Assembly (NCBI GenBank): GCA_951406725.2
Contig: CATOCA020000003.1
Coordinates: 558,001-622,000, forward strand
Direction of reading: 5' to 3'
DNA length: 64,000 bases
Source of the DNA: Octopus vulgaris
Lineage: Eukaryota
Every line of letters begins with the position of its first letter. Position 1 is the stretch's first letter. The position numbers and the translations under genes are program-made. Below are positions 48,916 to 64,000 of the stretch, in pieces. Under the pieces are notes generated by a model. It saw only the letters and a program-made list of their open reading frames with translations. It was not told where the DNA came from and searched no databases.

Positions 48916-49344
48916 GTAATAATAATAAAAAATAATAAAAATAGATACAGTTAAGTTATCACCAAGTCCATCCTTCCAAGATCGAAATAACTATGAGTTA
49001 AGAAATGCTGACCACTAGGTAAAGAAAATTTAGATTAATTCGATTGGCTATTGGTTTGAAATTTAAATCACAAAAGAAAATTATACGGTTGGTTAGTCAG
49101 GGAACGCCAATATTCACACACGCATCTACAGATCAATCGCACATACACACATAGTTATATGTATATACATACACTTGTACATATACATAATCATAAGCAA
49201 CAACTAACACTTAGATAAACAAATAGGGAAGCAACCATGCTAACACTAAGTCCTTCAAAATTATAATACATTTATATATATACCACACTCTTACCCACGC
49301 GTAGAAGGGGTCACCTTCAGCTAATATATATATATATATATCAT

Positions 49345-49466
49345 CTTGTAGAAAATCTGCCAGATCAAGATTGGAGCTTGGTGTGGCTGTCTGGTCTGCC
49401 AGCCCTCAGTCAAAATTGTCCAACCCAGGCTAGCATGGAAGGCAGATGTTAAACGATGATGATGAT
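49345..49466 (+). mobile_element. RTE 3'-terminal fragment
   Basis: TGTAGAAAATCTGCCAGATC...GCTAGCATGGAAGGCAGATGTTAAACGATGATGAT. Confidence 0.8.
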
Positions 49467-49475
49467 ATATATATA

Positions 49476-49530
<55 letters not shown>

Positions 49531-49771
49531 CTACATTGATACACGCACACACATATACATAGATACATAAATATGTACTTAAATATGTATATATATATAT
49601 ATATATAAACACATATATCTATATATATACACACACACACACATATATATATATATACAAATATATCTATATCTATCTATATATATGTAGGTCCCGGGTT
49701 GAGTCGGGGTTAACCACAGTAAATAAGGTATTCAATACATAGCAGAGTAAATTAATTTATTATATAGAAGG

Positions 49772-49822
49772 AGCTTCTACACGACTAGAACTGTTTCATT
49801 CAAAAGAAATCATCAGGAAGCT
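49772..49822 (-). ncRNA. Type-I hammerhead ribozyme (left end of palindrome)
   Basis: Minus strand AGCTTC-CTGATGA-TTTCTTTTGAAT-GAAACA(gttctagtcg)TGTA-GAAGCT: 6-bp stem I, intact core, GUA triplet. Confidence 0.75.
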
Positions 49823-50709
49823 AGTAGACAAGAGTTGTTTTGGCATTTATACATTTAGGCAGGTTTAAATGGGTGGTGGTGGGGGACTTTTTTGGGGTTA
49901 GGCATGGCGCAAAACTGTCATTATTAGGGGAGTGGTCAAAGGAATTGGTGGTAAAGTAGATAAAAGAATAAATAAAAGAATAAAAAAATATAATTAGAAA
50001 AATAGAGTTTTAGGTAAGTAGGTAGACTCTCACTTGTACATCTACATATATATATATACACATATATACACCCACATATTCACATATATCTATACATATA
50101 CATACATACCCACATATACATACATATATATATACATACATACACATACATATACATATACATATACATACATATATATACACATACCCATGTACGTACA
50201 CACAGATACACATATACATACATATACATACATATATGTATACCCACTCGCACATATATATACAAATGCATATACATGCACACACATACACACACATTTT
50301 TATTCTCTTATTTTAATTTTATTATTACTACTTTTGTTTATATCTTTATTTTTATCTTGACCGGTCAGCCGGTCTCAAGGGATGATCTAAAGATTCCGTT
50401 TATCTATCTATTCACTGATACGAACGCAAGCACTCACTCACGCCCACACACTCACACGTACACACATACGCACACGCACATGTTATATTCATACACGCAT
50501 ACATCTACATACATTCACGTATATTCACATACACGCATACATATACATACCTCAACACACCCACAGAAGACTAGTCCATACATATACACTAATTAATATA
50601 TATACACATATACATATACACATACATACACATACATACATATACATACACATATACATATATATATACATATATATACATATACATACACATATACATT
50701 CATACACAT

Positions 50710-50762
<53 letters not shown>

Positions 50763-50934
50763 TATATATATGCTTACACATACACACACACGGGCATCTA
50801 TATATACACATAAGTACATACATGCATAAATGTATACATATGTCTATACATATGCATACACATCCACACACATATCCTTATGTTCATAAATACATACATT
50901 CATACAGGCATATACATATATACATACATACTCA

Positions 50935-50972
<38 letters not shown>

Positions 50973-51127
50973 TATATACGTGCAGTTACCCATTATACAA
51001 ACGGATGCATACATATAAACATACCCATATATACCTATTTACACATATGTATATATACATACATACATACATACATACACACATAACTCTACATACCTAC
51101 ATATACATAAACACACAAGCGCACATA

Positions 51128-51158
<31 letters not shown>

Positions 51159-51256
51159 CTATATACACATACACACATACACATATACACACACATACAC
51201 ACACATATATATATATATATATACATTTACACACACATTTACACACATACACACAC

Positions 51257-51310
<54 letters not shown>

Positions 51311-51315
51311 TACAT

Positions 51316-51356
<41 letters not shown>

Positions 51357-52055
51357 AGCACATACATGCATAAATGTATACATATGTTTATACAAATGCA
51401 TACACATACACACACTCACGCGCCTCCTTATATACATAAATACATACATGCATACAAACGCATACTCATGTAATAAATAATGAATAATAAATAATAGATA
51501 TATATACACATGCAGTTACCCTTTGTACAGACAGAAACATACATATAAGAATACACGTATATACCTATCTACACATATGTATATATACATACATACATAT
51601 ATATGTATGTATGTGTATGTGTATGTGTATGTATGTATGTGTATGTATATATGTGTATATATGTGTGTATGTATGTGTATGTATGTGTGTATATATATAT
51701 ATATATATGTGTATATATATGTATATATATATATATATGTGTGTACACTCGTGTGTTTATGTATATGTAAGTATGCAGAGTTGTGTGTATGTGCATGTAT
51801 GTATGTATATATACATATGTGTAGATGGGTATATACGTGTATGCTTATATGTATGTTTCCGTCTGTACAAAGGGTAACTGCATGTGTGTATATATATCTA
51901 TTATTTATTATTTATTATTCATTATTTATTACATGAGTATGCGTTTGTATGCATGTATGTATTTATGTATATAAGGAGGCGCGTGGGTGTGTGTATGTGT
52001 ATGCATTTGTATAAACATATGTATACATTTATGCATGTGTGTGCTTGTGTGTATA

Positions 52056-52096
<41 letters not shown>

Positions 52097-52239
52097 ATAT
52101 GTATATGTGTGTGTGTATGTGTATATGTATATATATATGTGTATGTATGTATGTATGTGTATGTATGTATATGTATATATATATATGTGTATATATATGT
52201 GTGTATGTATGTGTATGTATGTGTATATATATATATGTG

Positions 52240-52296
<57 letters not shown>

Positions 52297-52759
52297 ACAC
52301 TCGTGTGTTTATGTATATGTAAGTATGTAGAGTTATGTGTATGTGCATGTATGTATGTATATATACATATGTGTAGATAGGTATATACGTGTATGCTTAT
52401 ACGTACGTTTCCGTCTGTACAAAGGGTAACTGCATGTGTATATATATCTATTATTTATTATTCATTATTTATTACATGAGTATGCGTTTGTATGCACGTA
52501 TGTATTTATGTCTATAAGGAGGCGCGTGAGTGTGTGTATGTGTATGCATTTGTATAAACATATGTATACATTTATGCATGTATGTGCTTGTGTGTATATA
52601 TATATATATGTATATGTATATGTATGTGTATATATACACACACATATATATATATATATATGTATATATGTATATGTGTGTGTATGTGTATATATATATA
52701 TGTGTAAATGTGTGTGTAAATGTATATATATATATATATATGTGTGTGTGTATGCGTGT

Positions 52760-52841
<82 letters not shown>

Positions 52842-52986
52842 GCTTGTGTGTTTATGTATATGTAGGTATGTAGAGTTATGTGTGTATGTATGTATGTATA
52901 TATACATATGTGTAAATAGGTATATATGGGTATGTTTATATGTATGTATCCATTTGTATAATGGGTAACTGCACGTATATATATAT

Positions 52987-53018
<32 letters not shown>

Positions 53019-53188
53019 TGAGTATGCATGTATGTATATATGTATATGCCTGTATGAATGTATGTATTTATGAACATAAGGAGGCGCGTGTGTGTGTGGA
53101 TGTGTATGCATATGTATAGACATATGTATACATTTATGCATGTATGTACTTATGTGTATATATAGATGTGTGTGTGTGTGTATGTGTA

Positions 53189-53247
<59 letters not shown>

Positions 53248-54108
53248 ATGTGTATATATGTATGAATGTGTATGTATAGGTATATATATGTATATATATA
53301 TGTATATGTGTATGTATGTATGTGTATGTATGTGTATATGTATATGTGTATATATATTAATTAGTGTATATGTATGGACTAGTCGTCTGTGGGTGTGTTG
53401 AGGTATGTATATGTATGCGTGTATGTGAATATACGTGAATGTATGTAGATGTATGCGTGTATGTATATAACACGTGCGTGTGCGTATGTGTATGTGTGTA
53501 CGTGTGAGTGTGTGGGCGTGAGTGAGTGCTTGCGTTCGTATCAGTGAGTAGATAGATAAACGGAATCTTTAGATCATCCCTTGAGACCGGCTGACCGGTC
53601 AAGATAAAAATAAAGATATAAACAAAAGTAGTAATAATAAAATTAAAATAAGAGAATAAAAATGTGTGTGTATGTGTGTGCATGTATATGCATTTGTATA
53701 TATATGTGCGAGTGGGTATACATATATGTATGTATATGTATGTATATGTGTATCTGTGTGTACGTACATGGGTATGTGTATATATATGTATATATATGTA
53801 TATGTATGTTTGTATATATATATATATATGTATATGTGGGTATGTATGTATAGATATATGTGAATATGTGGGTGTATATATGTGTATATATATATATGTA
53901 GATGTACAAGTGAGAGTCTCCCTACTTACCTAAAACTCTATTTTTCTATTTATATTTTTTTATTCTTTTATCTACTTTACCACTGATTCCTTTGACCACT
54001 CCCCTAATAATGACAGTTTTGCGCCATGCCTAACCCCAAAAAAGTCCCCCACCACCACCCATTTAAACCTGCCTAAATGTATAAATGCCAAAACAACTCT
54101 TGTCTACT

Positions 54109-54159
54109 AGCTTCCTGATGATTTCTTTTGAATGAAACAGTCCTAGTCGTGTAGAAGCT
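54109..54159 (+). ncRNA. Type-I hammerhead ribozyme (right end of palindrome)
   Basis: AGCTTC-CTGATGA-TTTCTTTTGAAT-GAAACA(gtcctagtcg)TGTA-GAAGCT. Confidence 0.75.
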
Positions 54160-54361
54160 CCTTCTATATAATAAATCTATCTATATATATATATATATAT
54201 ATATAATTTTAAATTAAAAATTAAAGGGTAAAATTTATCAATTAAATTAATTAATTAATCAATCAATTAATTAATTTCACCAACTAGATCGGTACATTAA
54301 AATATATATATATAAATATATATATAATTAACAAGGGTAGAAATTGATATATATATATATA

Positions 54362-56175
54362 TCTCTTATTATAAAAGGCAGATTTTATCTGCCTCCCTTT
54401 GTCTCTTATAGAAATCTACAATATAGGATTTCTTCAATTACAATTTACCTAGCATTTTTAAGAGTAGAATGCATCGGGTCGTGCCAGGTCCAGTTTTTCA
54501 AATTTCAACCCCAATTAAGCAAAATTTAGAGAAAACTCACATTGTGGTGTCGAAGTCAAGTGCTTTTCTTAGTGTGGGCTACAGCACACACACACAAACG
54601 GAGCGAACTGTTTCACTGACACTATCACCCTAATTTCTCCTCCTTTCTCTTTGCAAGTGTGCAACGATTAAAGTGAAAGTAATTCACTTTTTGTAGTGAG
54701 TGACTCTTTCACTCTGCATTCCCACTTCCTCTTTACACACATAGACACGCAAATATATAAATAAAATTGTAAGCTAACATGTGTGTGTGTGTTTGTGTGT
54801 GTGAGGGTGCGTGTGTGTGTCTGTGTGTGAGTGTGTGACAGGAAAGGTTTTTAGGACGAATATAAGACCTAAAGTATATCCAAGTAGCAGAAAGATCGCC
54901 CAAAAGTGTATATAGATATTTAAATGTATTTATATATTCATCTATACACAGATGTATGTATAATGTGTGTGTATATATTTCCATACAGGTAACCATTCAC
55001 TCCGCACAAAGTTTTTTAGGACGAAAATAAGATCTAAAGTTATCTCTAAGTAGCACAAAGATCGCCCAAAAGTGTATATAGATATATAAATGTATTTATA
55101 TATTCATCTATGCACACATGTATGTATAACGTGTGTGTATATATTTCCATAGAGGTAACCATTCACTCCATACAAAGTTTTTTAGGACGAAAATAAGATC
55201 TAAAGTTATCTCTAAGAAACAGAAAGATCGCCCAAAAGTGTATATAGATATTTAAATGTATTTATATATTCATCTATACACACATGTATGTATAATGTGC
55301 ATGTATATATTTCCATAGAGGTAACCATTCAATCCATACAAAGTTTTTTAGGACGAAAATATTTATATATAAAAGAAAGGTTGTGTGTCTGTCTACTCCG
55401 ATTTAGATTCCTAACTACTCCCACATTTTGCGATGCAGTTTAACCAAAACCGGGTATCTTATAGTCGTGATTCATATTGAGCCCTTTTGGGTATTAGCGC
55501 ACGTCTACGATGAGTCTATGATTTTACAAATAATTTACCATCATTTTTTTCCATTTTAATGCATATTTTTTTTAAATAAAGGGAAGTAACTCTCAAACTT
55601 CACACCAATATGCGTGCTCATATGCGACATAATATCACATCAGCAGCATTTCCTCACACCCTCCTTGCACTTGGCGAAGGCAAAATACCAGGGGATGAAA
55701 ATGGTAATATTGCCATCGATTCCATTTGTACCATTGTTAAGACGCCTTCTGATCTCAGAGATGCAGTGTTCCCAGATCTACAAGTTAATTATCAGAATAT
55801 GGATTGGATTGGCAAAAAGGCTATACTGGCCCCGAGGAATAAAACTGTTCACCATATTAATGATGAAATGCTAAAACTCATTCCTGGGGAAGTCTATGTA
55901 TATCAGTCTATCGATACAACTCCTGACCCCAGTTCCTTTGAGCACCCCCGGACTACCACCACACTTTCTCAAACTTAAAGTTGGTGCCCCTATAATGCTC
56001 ATCAGAAATTTGGTTCCCCCAAAACAATGCAATGGCACACGTTTGATCGTTAAGTCCTTATCTCCCACCGTAAACTTATATCAATATTTGCCTGAATAAT
56101 CATCATAATTCAGTGCAATCATTAACAGTACTTTCAAGCAATTCAGCCCCGAGCAACGCCGGGCAATTCTGCTAG
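54362..56175 (+). mobile_element. Composite non-autonomous Helitron with Pif1-helicase remnant
   Basis: 5'-type ends at 54362 (TCTCTTATTATAAAA) and ~55365. The helicase C-terminus spans 55610-56070 (AILAPRN...[27 protein letters not shown]). The 3' hairpin GCCCCGAGCAACGCCGGGC is followed by CTAG (56172-56175). Confidence 0.88.
54843..55360 (+). repeat. ~166-bp tandem repeat, ~3.1 copies
   Basis: TTTTAGGACGAA...AAAGATCGCCCAAAAGTGTATATAGATA...GGTAACCATTCA recurs at ~54849, 55014, 55180 and 55346. Confidence 0.9.
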
Positions 56176-60306
<4,131 letters not shown>

Positions 60307-60307
60307 A

Positions 60308-61495
60308 ACTTGCTGAGTGATACGCAGCATGGTTTTTGACCAGGTAGGAGCTGCCTGACCCAGCTCATACAACATTATGACTGGGTGTTGAGGCAGTTAC
60401 TCAACAAATCAAATGTGGACGTAATATACCTTGATTTTGCAAAAGCTTTAGACAAGGTGGTATGATATGCCACAAACTGCGTGACCTTGGCATAGCTGGA
60501 AAACTTGGAGAGTGGTTACATGACTTCCTGAAAGATAGCAGTCAGGCAGTAGTGGCTAATGGAGCCACCTCTATGAACACACAAACAGTAAACAGTGTTC
60601 TACAGGGCACTGTCTTGGAACCACTGCTTTTTATAGAGGCCCTCTCAGATATGCCCTCAAATGCCCGGAGAGCCATCCTTGCAAGCTATACAAATGACAC
60701 GAAAGTCTTGCAGAAAATACAGAACTCCAGAATGTCAATCCCACAGCCTAAGTCAGTGAGGGACCTGGGTATCGACATGAGTGATGATACCTCTTTAGAA
60801 GTGCACATTACCAGGATGGCGACAAAGTGCAGATGACTGGCTGGATGGATCCAAAGAACATTCAGAATGAGTGATAAGGAATCCATGATGGTTCTCTGGC
60901 AGACATTTGTCCTCAGCCGCCTGGATTACTGCTCACAGCTATGGTCACCCACCAGTGTAAAATTAACAGCAGACCTTGAAGCAATCCAGAGAAGATTCAC
61001 AAAGAAGATCGTCTCTTTGCAACAGCTCAGCTGCTGGGAAAGGTTGAAACAGTTAAGACTCTACTTCATGGAGAGAAGACGGGAGAGGTATGCAGTAATA
61101 TATATCTGGAAGGAATTGTGCCAAATATTAGCATTGAAAGCTACACCAATGCCAGACGGTGACGACACTGCATAACGCCAAAGGTACCAGCAATGCCATC
61201 ACGCTTCAGGACCAGTTACTGCAACAGCCTGGGTTTCAAGGGCCCACAGCTTTTTAATATTCTCCCAAAGAGTTTGAGAAATTTGCACAAAGTAGATATA
61301 GGGGTTTTTAAATCAAAGTTGGACCTCTTCCCAGATGAACCTACCTCACAGTAAGAGGTGCAAATGAGGGTAGCTATATCAAACTCCATGCTTCACCAAG
61401 TGCTACATATTAGAGGAGGCTCTTAGTAATAACAGTGTAGCAAAATGGCGGTGCATCAGCATGGCGACAGCTCTGAACTGAAACTAGAGAAGAAA
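60308..61495 (+). mobile_element. Decayed CR1/Jockey-group LINE 3' fragment
   Basis: [38 protein letters not shown] and ERRRERY. 3' UTR GGCGGTGCATCAGCATGG followed by an A-rich tail. Confidence 0.9.
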
Positions 61496-61587
61496 AAAAA
61501 AATATATATATATATATATATAAATATACATATCATATACACATGTATATATGTGGTATATATATACATAATATATCATATACACAA

Positions 61588-61676
<89 letters not shown>

Positions 61677-61711
61677 CACATACATACATATATCTATATA
61701 TATATCCTTAA

Positions 61712-63737
61712 AAAAATCCTTTAAAATGTTTTAGCCCGAAGGCCGCGGCCATGCTGGGGCACCACCGCTGAATGAGCTACACTAATTTGTGAATCCACCT
61801 CTGATACGTGGCACTTGATCAACAAGGGAGTTCGATGCTGCTACCCGCATCTGTGTCTCCTGTCGTGAGGTAGGTTCATCTGGGACTCCCAACAAGAAGA
61901 GATCCAGTTTAGTTTTAAAGAAACCCACATCCACACCATGTAAGTCTCTCAGGCATTTAGGGAGGATGTTAAAGAGCTGTGGCCCTCTGAAACCCAAGCT
62001 GTTGTAGTATCTGGACCTGTATTTTGATGGTGATGTTGGAATCCTTGGCACCATGCAGTAGCGCCCCGTTCTGCGGTTGGGGTAACTTTGAATGCCATAG
62101 TTTGGGACAAGACCCTCCAGGATTTTCCAGATGTATATCACCGCATATCTCTCCCGCCTCCGCTCCAGGGAGAAGAGGTTTAATATCTTCAGTCTTTCCC
62201 AGTAGCTGATATTTTGCATTGAGACGATTTTCTTTGTGTAGCTTCTCTGAATTGCTTTGAGTTCTGCTGTTAGTTTTATATTGTGTGGTGACCACAGTTG
62301 GGAGCAGTAGTCCAAGCGGCTGAGGACGAATGTTTTCCATAGGACCATCAGTGTCTCCTTCTCTCTTGTTCTGAAAGTTCGGAGAATCCATCCAGCTAGC
62401 CGTCTGCATTTTATCACCAGATTAGCAATATGCACTTGGAAAGATGCATCATTGCTCATGTCAATGCCCAGGTCATGCACTGATTTTGACTCAGGGATTG
62501 CAATTCTTCCTGGGCCAGTGTATCCAGTCTGCACGTCGTTTACCTTTGTGTGCCAGTAGCGCAGGGCCTGGAACTTACCTGCATTAAACTGCATGTTGTT
62601 GTCCTCAGCCTACCTGTATATTGTGTCCAACTCCTGTTGCAGATGCGCAATATTTTCAGGGTTTTGTATTGTGTGGGAGACTTTTGTGTCATCTGCATAG
62701 CTAGCAAGGGTGGTCATCGTAGCAACTGAAGGCATGTCTGAAAAGGCCACTATGAACATCAGTTGCCCCAAGACAGTGCCCTGTGGGACACCGTTTGCTA
62801 TTTGTGTTTCCTTGGAGATGGCTCCATTGCTCACAACTGCCTGTTTTCTGTCTTTTAGGAAGTTGTGCAGCCACTCTCCAAGTTTTCCGCCTATGCCGAG
62901 ACCACGCAGTTTGTGACAGATCATACCGTGGTCGACTTTATCAAAGGCTTTTGCAAAGTCGAGATATATTACATCCACATTTGAGCCATTTAGTAGCTGT
63001 TTTAACACCCAGTCATAGTGTTGCAGGAGCTGTGTTAGGCAGCTTCTACCTGGTCGAAATCCATGCTGGGTGTCAGACAGCAAGTCATTTTCTTCAAGGA
63101 ACATGATTAGTCTCTTACGGACTATTTGTTCCATGACTTTGCTGATGTGTGAGGTCAGAGAGATAGGCCTATAATTTTTAGCATCTGCTCTGCTACCTCC
63201 CTTATAGATAGGGCATATTACCCCCTCTTTCAATTTGACTGGGAGCTTACCACTTGCAAGAAAGCTCTGAATAAGAAGCTGTAGCAGTTTTGCAAGGTCT
63301 CGTTTGCACGATTTGAGAAGGATCGCTGGGAATCCATCAGGTCCAGCAGCTGAGTTTGTGTCAATCTCATCTATGGCTAGTGTGATATCATCATCTTCGA
63401 TGTTGATGTACTCAAATTTTGCCTCTTTGGCCGCAGGTAATGTGGCAAAGAATTCTTCTGGGTTGTTTACTTGCCTGTGTCCTAGAGGTGTAGTGAACAC
63501 ACTTTGGAATTGTTCGTTCAGTATTTCACTTATCCTCGTGGGATTTCCTGTGAGAGAGCCATCCTTTTGGAAGAGAGGTCTATTCTCTGGTGCACTGTGG
63601 CTGTCTCTTTGGCAAACTTAAAGAAAGCTTTAGGGTTTGATTTTATATTTTCTATTACCCAAGCTTCTTTATCTGCTCTCTCCTTTTCATGGGACTGATG
63701 CAGACTTTTCTCAGTTTCCATTAGCATTCTCTCGAAT
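61712..63737 (-). mobile_element. CR1/Jockey-group LINE fragment (RT + C-terminus), tail-to-tail with the previous copy
   Basis: SAAGPDG, NYRPISLTS, YLDFAKAFDKVDH, GVPQGTVLG and YADDTK. One premature stop at ~62610 joins ORFs 62610-63500 and 61782-62594. The 3' UTR reads GGTGGTGCCCCAGCATGGCC. Confidence 0.93.
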
Positions 63738-63750
63738 GTATATATATATC

Positions 63751-63820
<70 letters not shown>

Positions 63821-64000
63821 CATACATATATCTATATATATATATATATATATATATACATACATATATATACATATGCATACATATATATATATATATA
63901 TCTATACATATGCATACATACATACATATATATATTTATACATATATGTATATAAATATACATATATCTATACACATATATCTATATATATATATATATA

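Larger units (their letters stand above)
49755..54176. repeat. ~4.4-kb palindrome of a microsatellite-rich element with terminal hammerheads and internal ~540-bp tandem units
   Basis: Unique blocks are mirrored (49755-50030 vs 53910-54176; 50355-50430 vs 53530-53605). Unit marker GGGTAACTGCA appears at ~51872, 52424 and 52963, and its reverse complement at ~50981 and 51511. Confidence 0.92.

Overview
Eukaryotic, very AT- and microsatellite-rich DNA. The repeat families suggest an octopus or other coleoid cephalopod; this is inferred, not database-checked. The only host coding sequence I can support is two small minus-strand exons of an EDEM3-like GH47 mannosidase gene (36838-36938 and 15090-15129, joined in frame as [47 protein letters not shown]). 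The whole window is therefore probably intronic to that gene, and a decayed partial duplicate of the larger exon lies at about 35.65 kb. The rest is a patchwork of transposon relics separated by (TA)n/(CA)n tracts: an internally deleted Gypsy LTR element, many RTE LINE pieces, CR1-group and R4-like LINE pieces, Penelope-like RT relics, tRNA-headed SINEs, and mariner, piggyBac, hAT and Helitron elements. Two non-coding RNA signals stand out. (1) The RTE 3' UTRs carry a variable-copy array of about 62-67-nt modules, each a compact H-type pseudoknot with covariation in both stems plus a variable-loop hairpin. (2) At least five sequence-distinct, apparently non-coding Penelope-type elements carry minimal type-I hammerhead ribozymes, mostly as outward-facing palindromes. 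They include a tRNA-headed one and a 4.4-kb microsatellite palindrome. Nearly all long ORFs in the supplied track (YIYI..., CVCV...) are microsatellite artefacts.
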